A stretch of DNA of 64,000 nt from Malacoraja senta (GCA_038087875.1 JAXLNO010000356.1:1-64000), one strand, 5' to 3'; shown: positions 24,493 to 37,950, numbered from the stretch's first letter. Notes: generated by a model from the letters alone, not told the origin. Program-made: numbers and translations.

Positions 24493-24720
24493 CCGGGTCC
24501 CGGCGTGAGACCCGGGTCCCGGCGTGAGACCCGGGTCCCGGCGTGAGACCCGGGTCCCGGCGCGAGACCCGGGTCCCGGCGCGAGACCCGGGTCCCGGCG
24601 CGAGACCCGGGTCCCGGCGCGAGACTCGGGTCCAGGCGCTAGACCGGGTCCCGGCGTGAGACTCGGGTCCCGGCGTGAGACTCGGGTCCAGGCGCTAGAC
24701 CGGGTCCAGGCGCTAGACGC
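24493..24720. repeat. 19-bp CpG-rich minisatellite (CCGGGTCCCGGCGTGAGAC)n, about 11-12 copies
   Basis: Directly visible tandem array; the palindrome GACCCGGGTC spans each unit junction. Confidence 0.95.
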
Positions 24721-26039
24721 GGTCGCCTCTGGCCTCCCGCAGGCACAACGCCTTGCAGCTGTGTGTGTTGGGCGAACACCGAGTCCTCGCCGACTCTTCC
24801 ACCCACCCGTGTGTCATGTTGCCCGGGCTGAGGCGGGTGGGTGGAAGAGTCTCAGCTCATTCATGTCACGGGCCAAACCCGAGTGCCACTCACACAAATC
24901 TCGGCGGGATTACTTGTACACACCCGACATATACAAATCCACACCGGCCAATCAGCCCTCCTCCGGAGCTCTCTCATCCCCCAGTGATTTCGGCGCCAGA
25001 TCTCAAACAATATTTATATTTTCCTCTTCTCTTTATGACCGCCCGTCCCCTATTGAAAGCCGGGGTTAACCTGCAGACGGGGCGGGCTGGCTGGCGATGC
25101 GGTGAGCGGCCTCACCCCGGGGGAGCTCCTATCCCGGCCGCCTGCCGGGGGTGGGCTGGGGGTTGAAGCGACGCGATGGGACACTCGGGGACCGACCCCG
25201 CAGCCACATCGCGCCTCCCGGCTGTACTGCCCGGACCGCCGCGCTATGTGCGGCTTGTGGCCGCCGCTGGGCAGAAGCAGCAGCCGGCGGAGTCTGCTAC
25301 CGGTCGGGAGGGGTGGCGGGGATGGAAAAACAGAGACAGTCTCTTTGGGACGGCTGGGCTCGCTTGGTAGTTCTCCTCCCACCACCCCCCGTTGGAAGCC
25401 TCCCGTTCAGAATCTGAACAACAAAATCCTGTCTGGGTTGCATTTCCAGCTGTTTCATCCATTGCACCGCTGCATTGTCGGGGTTGTTGTCTTTGGAGGC
25501 TCTCTCGCATTAACTTGGACCCGGGGGGGGGGGGGGGGGTCCAAATTCCTATGGTAGGGAACATCTCGGGTCATCTGGCAATTGCATCATCTGTAGTTTT
25601 AAAACTGTTCACTTGTGCAAGGTATCCTGATAAAACTGGGCAATGGTCATCGTGGAATATTCCAATGGTCAGTATGTCATAAAGAAAGGAAGATGATTTT
25701 TGTTGTTGGGAGGTCAACTGTCCTACCGCTGCAGCAGTTTTCCAAGACAGTCCTCTCGGCCCAGTCATCTTCAGGTGCTTGATCAATAATAACCTTCTTT
25801 GCAAGGTGCCAGAAATAGGGAATTTTGCTGGTGATTAGATTATATTCAATTTCATTCATGACTCATCAGAAAGTCCGCACTTAAATGCAACGGGGCCCAC
25901 ACAGCATTCAGTGGCAAGTAATGCTTGTGCCACAAAATGGGTAAATGATGGATTCAGCAAGAGAGGGTCTGACCACCTTCTCTTGACATTCAATGGGATC
26001 GCACCATCAATGTTGTGGGAGTAACCCGGCACTCAGCTA

Positions 26040-28210
26040 AACCAGCCACATAGACCAGCCATTCAGACCAGTTGGTCTGGCAGCTTGGGACACCTGAGAT
26101 TCAGGGTGACCTGGAAAATTGGCTGCACAAGTGGCTTGGTGGTAAGAGGCAGAGGGTGATAGTGGGGGGTTGTTTTTCAAGTTGGGGGGCAGTGACCTAG
26201 TGTGGGGCAGAGGCTGGTGCAGAGTCCTCTGCTGTTTGTCATATAACTGACTTGGACGAATGTAGGTGGCAAAGGATAAAGAACATAGAACAGTACAGAA
26301 CATGCCCTTTGTCCCACAAACATGAAGCCAAGACCATATCTTATCTATGCGCACATAATCCATATCCCTCCATTCCCTGCATATCCATATGGCAATCATA
26401 AAGTCTCCCAAATGCCACTACTGTCTCTGCCTCAACCACAACCCCCCCCCCCTCCCCCACCAGTGGATTCTGGGCACTTACCTCTCTCTGTGTAAAAAAA
26501 AGTTCCGCGCACATCACCTTTAAACTTTGCCCCTATCACCTTAAAGCTAGGCCCTCTAATATTTGATTTTTCCATCCTGGGAAAAAGGTTCTGACTGTCT
26601 ACCCTATCCATGTCTCTAATCATTTTATATACTTCTATCACACCTCCTCGCAATCTCTGGTGTTCCAGAGAAAATAATCCCAGTCTGTCCGACTTCTCGC
26701 TGTTGCTAATTCCTCTGAATCCAGGCATGATTCTGGTAAACCTTCTCTGCTCCTTTTCCAAAGTCTCCACAACCTTCCTGTAATGGAGTGACCAGAGCCT
26801 CATGCAATACTCCAAATATGGCCTAACCAAAGTCCTATAAAGCTGTATCACGACTTCCTGACTCTTATACACAAAGCCCCAACCTATGAAAGCAAGCATA
26901 TCGTATGCCTTCTTTACGACTCTATCTACTTTTGTTGCCATTTTCAGGGAGATGTGGACTTGGACCCCAAAATCCATTGTACATCGATGCTGTTAAGGAT
27001 CATGCCATTAATTGTATATTTTTTGCCCCTTACATTTGACCTTCCATAATGCAACACCTCACACTTGCTTAGATTAAACTCCATCTGCCAATTCTCTGCC
27101 TAATTCTATTGCTGATCTTTATCCTGCTGTATACCTTGTCAACCTTCCTCACAGTCCTCGCCCACAGCAATCTCAGTGTCATCTGCAAACTTACTAAGCA
27201 ACCCATCTACTTTTACATCCAAGTCATTCATTTCTATATAACAGACAGCAGAGATCCATGGGGAACTCCACTGGTCACAGAATTCCAACCTGAATGTTGA
27301 ACTACCATCACAACCCCTGCCTTCTAAGCAAGTTCCCAGTCTGAAGAAGGGTGTCGACCCAAAACGTCACCATTCCTTCTATCCAGAGATGCTGCCTGTC
27401 CCGTTGAGTTACTCCAGCTTTTTGTGTGTCTCTTCTAAATCCATACAACCAAATTGCTGTTATTCTCATGCATTTTAATCTTTTGGAGTAGCCTACCAAA
27501 TGCCGTGCGAAAATCCATGTAGACAACATCCACCAGCCTACACTCATCAATCACTTTCGGCACCTCAAAAAACTTGATCAAGTTAGTAAGACACAACCTG
27601 CATTGTACAAAGCCATGCTGACTGTTCCTAAGTAATCCATTCTCTTCCAAAAGAGTGCAAATCCTACCTCGAAGAATACTCTTCAAGAATTTCACAGACG
27701 TGAGGCTTACCAGTCTACAATTCCCTGGATTCTCTCTACTTTTTAAATAAAGGACCAACATTAGCTACTCTCCAGTCCTCTGGAATCTCGCCTGTGGCTA
27801 GAGAAGACACAAAGATCTTTGTCAAGGCTCCCGTAATCTCCTCCCTTGCCTCTCTTAATAATCTGGGATTGATCTCATCAGAACCTGGGGATTTATCCAC
27901 CGTAATGCTCTTCGAGAGCCCTAACACCTCCTCCTTCTTAATCTCAAACTGCCCTTGCATATTAGTATTCTCCACACTTTTTCTTGGTGAAAACAGATGC
28001 ATGAATAATAAATTTGCAAAGGACAACAAAATTGGTGGTGTCATGGACAGCCAAGAAAGTTGTCTCAGGTTGCAACAGGATACAAATCAACTGGGACTGT
28101 AGGCAGATGGAATATATCTCAGACAAGTGTGAAATTATGCCATTTTGGAAGTTAAACCAGGACAGGCCACGCACAGTGAATGGCAAAGCACTGGGGGCTG
28201 TTGTGGATTC
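26040..28210. mobile_element. Cluster of decayed CR1 fragments: - strand 26280-27960, + strand pieces at 26040-26275 and 27985-28205; pLTR insert at 27338-27435
   Basis: ORF fragments with LVRPYLEYC, NSQHGF and KSPGSD motifs. Confidence 0.88.
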
Positions 28211-28917
28211 AGGATTGGGTTGAATTTAAATTTAATCCCGTATAGTTTCTATGGCGATGGTTCCCTTTAAAGGGATTGTGGTACTGAAACTGAATGAATT
28301 CAGTGCAATCTATATATTTTTAAGTTAATTCAAGGGATGAAGTCGGCTTTGCAGTCCGAGCCATGCCAATAGACGCATTTCATTGCCCATTCGTAATTGC
28401 TCTTGAGAAGGTTGTGATGAGTTGCCTTCTTGAACCACTGCAGTCCTTGAAGTATGAGTATACCCTCAATACTGTTGGGGTGGGAATTCCAATGGTTGAA
28501 TGCTACTTTATTGTCAAGTACCTAAGTACAGTGAAACTTCTTTTTTGCAGACAATTCAGTAAAAAATTCTATGCATAAGCACAATCATTTTTACGTACAA
28601 GAGTGTAAGAATAGCAGAATACACTGAGGCAGCACCCAATATTTGCCACATTTCTGGCACCATTTTGCATCCTTCATGTTTCAAAGATATTAAAAATGTA
28701 GAGTCTTAACTTGGCCTTAAAGACCTGTTGTCCTGGCGGTGGCACTGGGTTGGAGTTGCAGGCCTGGCAACGCTGTCAATGTCCTCCATATGCTTCTCCA
28801 TTGGTGCAGGCCATGTCTGATCCATGCACTTGGAGCAATGCTCAATCCAGTCGAACCCCAGGCTGCTGCAGGGCCCCCTGCGGCCCAGTACACCGAAGCA
28901 TCTACCTGGACATGTCG

Positions 28918-29048
28918 TGTGTAAGAAGGAACTCCCGATGCTGGTTTAAACCGAAGATAGACACAAAAAGCTGGAGTAACTCAGCGGGACAGGCAGCATC
29001 TCTGGAGAGAAGGAATGGGTGACGTTTTGGGTCGAGACGCTTCTTCAA
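28918..29048 (-). mobile_element. Penelope pLTR fragment; similar at 14428-14505, 29866-29945 (+), 30044-30137, 31988-32083, 39298-39431, 48100-48175 (+), 49830-49892, 50295-50420
   Basis: AGACACAAAA(A/T)GCTGGAGTAACTCAGCGGGACAGGCAGCATCTCTGGAGAGAAGG consensus. Confidence 0.85.
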
Positions 29049-31046
29049 CTTTTTGTGTCTAGCTGCCTGGACATGTTGACAGGTGAACCTGCCATCCCTT
29101 GCCTCGCACAGCCACCGCTGCAAAACCTAATGGTGACACTCACTTATTTGAGGGCTAAAGAACCCTTTAAGAAGGGTTAGTGCTGAATAATTATTTCCAA
29201 ACTGAAATCTCATTTGTTTTATGCAGAAACCCATGAGTGAGGTTGAAAAGTTTGTTCAGTTTATTATGCATGCAAAAGTTGGCACATGCTGGTAATATTA
29301 TCGAAAAAACTGTACTGCAAAGTCACACCCATTATCTGATGCATGCAAGTAAACCTCATATAGCCAAGTGTTTCTTGGAAAGTATTATCTTGTGTGCTAT
29401 TGTTAACCCAATTTTCCATTTGTTCTGAGTCAAGAGTGTTTTATTGTCATATGTCCCAGATAGAAAAATGAAATTCTTACTCGCAGCAGCACAACAGAAT
29501 ATGTAATCACAATAAATAATATAACAAAAACTCGGGAAAAAAAGAACAAACAATAACAGTGCAATAATAATAATAGTCTATTGTAGTTCATAGCTTATGA
29601 GGTTGTTGTGTTTAATAGCCTGATGGCTGTTGGGAAGAAGCTGTTCCTGAACCTGAACCTGGACATTACAGTTCTTGGGCTCCTGTACCGTTTCCCCGAT
29701 GGCAACGGAGAGATGAGTGTGTGGACAGGATGGTGTGGGTCTTTGATGATGTTAGCTGCCTTTTTGAGGCAGCGACTACGATAGATCCCTTCGAAGGTGG
29801 GGAGGTCAGTGCCGGTGATGGCCTGGGCAGTGTTTACAACTTTTTACGATAATATATGATAAGCCTGAAGAAGTGTCACCTATTCCTTTTCTCCAGAGAT
29901 GTTGCCTGACCTGCTAAGTTACTCCAGCATTTTATGTCTGTCTTCATTTGTGATAAGTGCTAGATTCATCCTTCACTCTGCTTGGGATAAGATAATCTCA
30001 ATTGATGCACCAATAAGAGTGTAACAACTAGTTCCAATCTACGGTACACAAAAATGCTGGAGAAACTCAGCAGGTGCAGCAGCATCTTTGGAGCGAAGGA
30101 AATAGGCAACGTTTCGGGCCGAAACCCTTCTTCAGACTAAGTTCCAATCTACACTTGGTTCAGTCTGTGAAAAGTGGCGATCCTTTTCCTGCTTTGTGGT
30201 TTGGGATCCTCGCAAGAAAATGTGTTTATCGTTTTAAATGGTTATGGTTCCCCATTGTGGTTCAGTACCCAGCCTGTTTATTGACTTCCGTAAATAATCA
30301 AAGAGAGTCTGGTAATCCAAAAAACATTCTCAAGTCAAACCGAGTGCCTTCATGAACGGAATGAAGATGAAAAAATAAGTAGAGTCACCGGATTGAGACC
30401 AAAAAAGAAAATAATTTGACCTGTTGGGGATGTTGACAGTAATTGCTCTGATTTGTATCTGTTAGACAGAGGAACAATTCTAATATAGAGGTGATCCCTG
30501 CATTATGGTTGTGCTGGTGGATTCTATAATCCCAATGGCCATAACGCGTGGGTCACCTGTGCACAAAAAAACCCTCCAGAAATCCCATGGAATTAATTAT
30601 GCAGTCTTTAAAAACCACAAAATGTCATTGTAGAATTTAGTGCAGGCATTTTTATTAATTTACGGACGCATTTCAAATTAATCGTTTTTGTCTGTCAATA
30701 AAGGCCTAGACATTGATGTCTTGTTTTAATAATTAGTGACCTTTACTTGATACATTAGTTGACCATTCATTTCATTGGCAAGCAGTATTCAGTATAGACC
30801 CAGATGTTGGCTAGCTTCCCTTTATTATTAATTAAAGAATAAGTATTTGGACATGTTCACTATAAGTCGGCATGTTCATCAGTAATTTATTGTGCTGAAC
30901 AAAAAGGGTTATTGCGATTCCATCATCTTTATAAATGCTGCCTTTTTCTCAACAATGCTTATGTTTTTGCTCTTGCAACTATTAATGCTACAGATTCTAA
31001 TGTGGGTTTTCTGAGTAAGATTTGGCCTGAAGTCTACTTATTTTGG

Positions 31047-31345
31047 GGAGGCACGGTGGCACAGCGATAGAGTTGCTGCCTCACAGCGCCAGAGACTTGG
31101 GTTTGATCCTGACAGCGGGTGCCTTCTGTATAGAGTTTGTACGTTCTCCCTGTGACTGCATGAGTTTTCTCCGGGTGCTTCGGTTTCCTTCCACATTCTA
31201 AAGATGTGCAGGTTTGTAGGTTAATTGTGTTCCGTTAAAAATTGTCCCTGGTGTGTAGGATAGAATTAGTGGATGGGTGATTGCTAGTCAAAATGACCCG
31301 GTGGGCCGAAGGGCCTGTTTCCACGCTGTATCTCTAAACTAAACT
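31047..31345 (+). mobile_element. HE1-type V-SINE
   Basis: tRNA head, V-domain and CR1-like tail with (CTAAA)n. Confidence 0.92.
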
Positions 31346-33190
31346 ATTTTCTCTTCTGTAAAGCTGTTTATAAAATATAGTTAATATATTGAATTGGCAT
31401 TTTTAGTTAAAGATAATTGCCACATGGACCCAAATGCTGCATTCTCCTCAACTTTGGCAGCCCCAAAAATGTGTTTAGTCAGAAATGGAAATAGAAATGG
31501 AAAGTGATTTTACCTAACATGATATGATGGATGATCATAAACGGAAAACTCAGAAAACTATACAAGTACGACTCCAGGTCTGGGCATTAGCGGTCCTATG
31601 GCTTGGGCATGTGTAACTGAGCAACTAAACAAATTCAACACAAAATGTCGTGCAGAAACATCATTTTAAGATTTCAGATTTTGCACAAGCTCTGCTCCAT
31701 AAACTGCAATCTAAGAAGCAGGCATTATTTGAAAGAGAATTGTTGGCTGCTTACATCTTTTTGTGTTTCGTTAGTAAATTGTTCTGTAATGGCCAAGTTT
31801 TCAATCTGAGGCTAAAACGGCACTTTGCATGAAGTGCATCTGCCCAAGGCAGAAAAATTTCGAGCCTATTATTTGAAAAATTCACTGATGTTTATAGTAC
31901 CTGTGTTTCTGAACCTGTTTATGTGGCCAGAAGTGTTGTTTTTTCCTAAACTGGATTTGAATGGGATCAGGCAGGACTGTGAATAAAATGTGTAGGAAAG
32001 TACTGCTGGTTTAAATCGAAGGTAGACACAAAATGCTGGAGTAACTCAGCGGGACAGGCAGCATCTCTGGAGAGAAGGAATGGGGACTGTGATTAAGATG
32101 ATTTTGACTTATGGTTGCACTGAATAATTTGATTCCACTTCGGCAGGATTCATAAATGGCTGGTATCTGTATTTTGTGCATCATGACAGGTGATAAAGAT
32201 GGAAAGATATGAATAGTTTTTTTAGAATTTTAACTTTTTATGGACACAAATGGAATTTAATAAGAAATTGTACAACATTGTTAATTTTATTTGAACACAG
32301 TTATGTATTCCTCTGTGTATGTGCACGTGTGTGTTAAAATGTGTAAATCTTTGTAATCAAATAACAATATTGAACTTAATGTGTTAAATTTGATTACATC
32401 CGGGGGTTGGGTCACTGATAATTGATGAATGCTTATTGTACTCCGAAATGTACTGTGATTTATAAGAAACCTTACAAGAAGGAAATAGATTACAAATTAA
32501 GGCAACCTTGCACCATTTAGCCTTTTGCCGACAAATGTATTTTGCCTTCCATCATATCACAAACCTTCCTTTTTCCTTCTTTGCCACTCTGCATTCTAAA
32601 ACTTACTTTATCCGTAGCTCTGTCTATTTTTGATGAAAAGATATTGGCAAGAATTAAAATCGACAATTTTCTGTGGTTATATTTAGAATAAACAATTTAC
32701 CATCCATCTTCACAAAATGTAGTCATTTTAAAGTGGAAAATACTACATTGAAATGATTCCACATATTCTCCATTAAATGATGCACCTCGCTAATATTTCC
32801 AATTTGTAAAGCTGCCTACGGCTCAATAATGTGAGTTGAGGACATAAAGGTTGGTAAACATGATGTTAAAATGATACGTAAACCTTATAAATGCACTAAT
32901 CTTAATACAACGCCCAATGTGGACTAGATGCAGGATAGGACCAAGCACAACAATTTTGGATGATGGGTTTGTGGAGATTAGAACAAGGGAGATGGACTTG
33001 GTGCCAGGTATGATCAAGTCTAGAGTTACCAATGACATGCATGAGAGTTTCAGCAGTTGATCGGAGGTCTGGGCATGACTTGACTCATCTCTCGCTCCAT
33101 CTTAAACCATATTAAAACTGCTGACGTGCAGTTACTTGGAAAGGGGGGAAACCTTTATATAAACAAAATACTGTTGGACCTGCTGACTTA

Positions 33191-34804
33191 CAGTGGCTTG
33201 CAAAAGTATTCATACCCCTTGAACTTTTCCACATTTTGTCACGTTACAACCACAAACGTAAATGTATTTTATTGGGATTTTATGTGATAGACCAACACAA
33301 AGTGGCGCATAATTGTGAAGTGGAAGGAAAATGATACATGGTTTTCAAATTTTTTTACAAATAAAAAACTGAAAAGTGTGGCGTGCAAAGGTATTCAGCC
33401 CCCTTTACTCTGATACCCCTAAATAAAATCCAGTGCAACTAATTGCGTTCAGAAGTCACCTAATTAGTAAATAGAGTCCACTTGTGTGTAATCTAATCTC
33501 AGTATAAATACAGCTGTTCAGTATAAATACAGTATAAATACAGAGGTTTGTTAGAGAACATTAGTGAACAAACAGCATCATGAAGCCCAAGGAACACACC
33601 AGACAGGTCAGGGATAAAGTTGTGGAGAAGTTTAAAGCAGGGTTAGGTTATAAAAAAATATCCCAAGCTTTGAACATCTCACGGAGCACTGTTCAATCCA
33701 TCATCCGAAAATGGAAAGAGTATGGCACAACTGCAAACCTACCAAGACATGGCCGTCCACCTAAACTGACAGGCCGGGCAAGGAGAGCATTGATCAGAGA
33801 AGCAGCCAAGAGGCCCATGGTAACTCTGGAGGAGCTGCAGAGATCCACAGCTCAGGTGGGAGAATCTGTCCACAGGACAACTATTAGTCGTGCACTCCAC
33901 AAATCGGGCCTTTATGGAAGAGTGGCAAGAAGAAAGCCATTGTTGAAAAAAAGCCATAAGAAGTCCCGTTTGCAGTTTGCCACAAGCCATGTGGGGGACA
34001 CAGCAAACATGTGGAGGAAGGTGCTCTGGTCAGATGAGACCAAAATTGAAGTTTTTGTCCTAAATGCAAAACGCTATGTGTGGCGGAAACCTAACACTGC
34101 ACATCACCCTGAACACACTATCCCCACCGTGAAACATGGTGGTGGCAGCATCATGCTGTGGGGATGCTTTTCTTCAGCAGGGACAGGGAAGCTGGTCAGA
34201 GTTGATGGGAAGATGGATGGAGCCAAATACAGGGCAATCTTGGAAGAAAACCTGTTAGAGTCTGCAAAAGACTTGAGACTGGGGCGGAGGTTCACCTTCC
34301 AGCAGGACAACGACCCTAAACATACAGCCAGAGCTACAATGGAATGGTTTAGATCAAAGCATATTCATGTGTTAGAATGGCCCAGTCAAAGTCCAGACCT
34401 AAATCCAATTGAGAATCTCTGGCAAGACTTGAAAATTGCTGTTCACAGGCACTCTCCATCCAATCTGACTGAGCTTGAGCTATTTTGCAAAGAAGAATGG
34501 GCAAAAATTTCAGTCTCTAGATGCGCAAAGCTGGTAGAGACATACCCCAAAAGATTTGCAGCGAAAGGTGGTTCTACAAAGTATTGACTCAGGGGGGCTG
34601 AATACTTTTGCACGTGACACTTTTCAGTTTTTTATTTGTAAAAAATTTGAAAACCATGTATCATTTTCCTTCCACTTCACAATTATGCACCACTTTGTGT
34701 TGGTCTATCACATAAAATCCCAATAAAATACATTTACATTTGTGATTGTAACGTGACAAAATGTGGAAAAGTTCAAGGGCTATGAAAACTTTTGCAAACC
34801 ACTG
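33191..34804 (+). mobile_element. Complete Tc1 DNA transposon, Passport-like IR/DR type
   Basis: TA|CAGTGG...CCACTG|TA; about 210-bp TIRs, each with outer and inner direct repeats (TGCAAAAGTATTCA / TGCAAAGGTATTCA). Confidence 0.98.
33580..34587 (+). CDS. Tc1 transposase, DD34E, 335 aa
   Basis: GRPPK, WSDETK, QQDNDPKH, SPDLNPIE with 34 residues between the second D and the E; ends KGGSTKY. Confidence 0.96.
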   Translation: MKPKEHTRQVRDKVVEKFKAGLGYKKISQALNISRSTVQSIIRKWKEYGTTANLPRHGRPPKLTGRARRALIREAAKRPMVTLEELQRSTAQVGESVHRTTISRALHKSGLYGRVARRKPLLKKSHKKSRLQFATSHVGDTANMWRKVLWSDETKIEVFVLNAKRYVWRKPNTAHHPEHTIPTVKHGGGSIMLWGCFSSAGTGKLVRVDGKMDGAKYRAILEENLLESAKDLRLGRRFTFQQDNDPKHTARATMEWFRSKHIHVLEWPSQSPDLNPIENLWQDLKIAVHRHSPSNLTELELFCKEEWAKISVSRCAKLVETYPKRFAAKGGSTKY

Positions 34805-36511
34805 TATAGTGAACGTCCATATATGTTATTAAATTTGTAATTATATATGATATACACAGCACCCTAATTAATTGGAAGAGCTGAAAGGATAGCTTCACAC
34901 AAACACACAACTTTTATGCTACGTGGGGGGAGAAAACTGCAATAATTCTTAGCTATCAAAGGACCAAAATGGTGTGTTGTTTTCATATATTGGTGAGGGT
35001 GGAACTTTATTTGAGGATGCCAGAATAAAAAATAATTTTTCTCAAGTGACTCATTCACAGTCAGCTGGTAAATATTAAATGACCGATGAAAATACACAAT
35101 CATTGGCCCTGTTCCTCATGACCACCCGCAACCTTCCAACTCTGTTATTGTTCGTTACAGAGTACTTGTACTTCTTCGTGGTGATTTGTTCATGATTGAA
35201 GCAAGGATTAATTCTGTCACAGTCATTTATCACAGCACGTTTGTGTGTTCTTGTGCAAACGAAATGCACTCTCTGGTTCTTGTGCAAAAACAAACCAGCT
35301 CGAGCTTCCTGCTGTATCTCTTACTATGCTGGTGTAAAGTTCCGGATTTGGAAGTTAATATCTAACCTTTCCACCCTGTAGACAGACTACTGGGACTTGG
35401 ATTTCTGCTAGCTTTTCTAAAAAAAACGGAAAGAAGTGTATGCGTTTCTTATTTAAGAAAACACCTGCTCAGCAAAAATAAGTAAAGCGGAATTCTGAAC
35501 GTCGAATCACGTGAAAGTGGTCCATTAGCGGTAAGAAAAGTCTCGCTGCATGAGCGACAAGTCCAATATAATTATTGAATCTCATTTACCTTGGTGCAGA
35601 GGGTACATTTTGTGGGAGAAAGTATCTGATTGCGCTATGAAAATTCAAATTTACTTACCCAAGGTTGTCCAGATTTAGATTAAATGTGGCAATCCAGATT
35701 TTAAAACCGACCATAGAGAATTGTTAATTTATGACACATGTAGCAGTTTTCACAAAGCAGGCTGGTCAAATTACTTAAATCCATTACTTATCAATTTACT
35801 TTTCAAGATATGTAACTTTAGCAGCATAATGTGTGTTAGGGCAACCCTGTATGCTCATTTTATAATAAGCGAGAAGGCTCTGGATTGCAGATGAAAAGTA
35901 AAAGAGTCAAGTGTGTTTTTTTTTTTTGAGGTATGTACTGGATATGAACTGGAGCAAGGAAATTCTTATTTGCCACAGCTTTAGAGGCATGTGAAATGCA
36001 TCAACAGCAACAAAGATTCAGGGACAGTTTCTTCCCAGCTGTTATCAGGCAACTGAACCATCCTACTGCAACCGGAGAGCAGTCCTGAACTACTATCTAC
36101 ATCAGCCACCCTCAGACTATCTTTGATCAGACTTTACTGGCTTTACCTTGCACTACGCGTTATTCACTTATCATGTATCTGTACTCTGTGAATGGCTTGA
36201 TTGTAATCATGTATTGTCTTTCCGCTGACTGGTTAGCACGCGACAAAAGCCTTTCACTGTACCTCGGTAAACGTGGCAATAAACTAAACTAAAATGAATA
36301 TACAATAAATTATCATTTGATCTAAATAAACTAGACCACGATAGTGAAAGGACCCAAGTATGTAGAGAAACCACAACAATGGCTCAGTAGGGTTATGGCT
36401 GGTTAGGGTCAGGAGGATGCGGTGGTGTGGGACTTTGATGACTTTAGCTGCAACTTGCAGCAGCACATCCTGCAGATTCCTTTTGATGGTGGGGAGGTCA
36501 GAATCCGTGAT

Positions 36512-37950
36512 CCACCACTTTCTGCCTTTCCTCTCAAAAGCCCTTGAAAAGGTAATTTTAAGTCAACTTATACCTTACCTTCACCAAAACACTATCTTGG
36601 AAACTTTCCAATCAGGTTTCAGGGCTCACCATAGCACAGAGTCTGCCTTGTTGAAGGTACACAATGACCTACTGCTCACCGTTGACTCCGGCGACTGTGC
36701 AATTCTGGTCCTTCTTGACCTCAGCGCAGCATTTGATACTGTCGACCACACCATCCTAATTGACCGTCTCCGGTATGGGGTTGGCACTGCCCTGAGCTGG
36801 TTCATCTCCTACCTCAAAGGTAGGAGTTTCTCGACTAACATAGGCAACTCGTTCTCCTCCTCAGCTAATCTCTGCTGTGGGGTTCCACAAGGTTCCATCC
36901 TTGGCCCCATTCTCTTCACCCTGTATATGCTCCCCTTAGGCCAAGTCATTGAAAGGCACAGCATTTCCTTCCATTGCTACGCAGACGATACACAACTCTA
37001 TCTCCCCTGAAGCCCAAAAACCAATCAAATCTGCTTAACCTTACCCGCTGCCTTGAGGATATAAAGTGTTGGATGGCCCAGAACTTCCTCCAACTAAACG
37101 AGAGTAAGTCTGAGGTCATCCTTGTCGGCCCCTCGGACTCAATCAAAATGATAGCAGGCAGCCTTGGAAGCCTTACCCCACTACTCAAACCTCACGTCAA
37201 AAACCTTGGCGTGATATTTGACTCGGCACTGAAATTTGACAAACAAGTCAATGCCGTGGTAAAAGCTAGCTTCTTTCAGCTTTGGACGATAGCTAAAATA
37301 AAATAATTCCTCCAGTTTGATGACCTCGAAAAGATCATCCACACATTTATCTCCTCCCGCCTAGATTACTGCAACTCCCTTTACACTGGCATCAGCCAAT
37401 CTTCCCTGTCCCGCCTGCAACTGGTCCAAAACGCCGCAGCGAGACCCCTGACGGGCACCCGAAAAAGGGACCACATCACCCTGAATCCTGGCCTCTCTCC
37501 TCTGGCTCCCTGTGCGGTTCCGTATAAACTTCAAGATCCTCCTCCATGTCTACAAAGCCCTCAATGGGCTTGCCCCCACCTACATCAAAAGTCTTCTCAC
37601 CCACCTCTCCAACTCCAGGTCCCTCAGATCGGCCGACGGGGTTGCTGAATATCCCACGGTCTAGGCATAAGCTCAGGGGCAACCGCACCTTTGCGGTTGC
37701 AGCCCCTAGACTGTGGAACAGCATCCCCTTTCCCATCAGAACTGCCCCCTCCATCGACTCTTTTAAGTCAAGACTAAAAATTTATCTATACTCCCAAGCC
37801 TTTCCTGACGTCCTCTGAGTGAGGGCTACATGTATATATGTATGTAGTTTGTTTTGTTTATGCTATTCTTATAACAAATGTAAAGCACTTTGGCCAACGA
37901 GAGTTGTTTTTTAAATGTGCTATATAAATAAATGTGACTTGACTTGACTT
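36512..37950 (+). mobile_element. L2-clade LINE, 5'-truncated with frameshifts and stops
   Basis: FQSGFRAHHSTESAL, LLDLSAAFDTVDH, PQGSILGP, CYADDTQLY; tail GTAAAGCACTTTG..AATAAATG(TGACT)n. Confidence 0.93.

Larger units (their letters stand above)
23700..25400. promoter_or_regulatory. CpG island, probable bidirectional promoter
   Basis: Sustained high GC/CpG content not explained by TEs; CCAAT boxes (CTGATTGGC about 23975, GGCCAATCAG about 24946); GC box GGGGCGGGC; divergent GTGAG donors at 23834 (-) and 24242 (+). Confidence 0.8.

Noticed and set aside
24493..24720. CRISPR-like appearance of the palindromic repeats
   Set aside because: No spacers; a contiguous tandem array in eukaryotic context
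23563..25564. Several 100-180 aa ORFs in the CpG island
   Set aside because: GC-rich, stop-poor sequence and the 19-bp repeat explain them; no recognisable domains, and ORF 23563-24036 crosses a splice donor
35819..35840. TAGCAGCATAATGTG resembling miR-15
   Set aside because: Only the seed matches; the rest differs and no convincing precursor hairpin is visible
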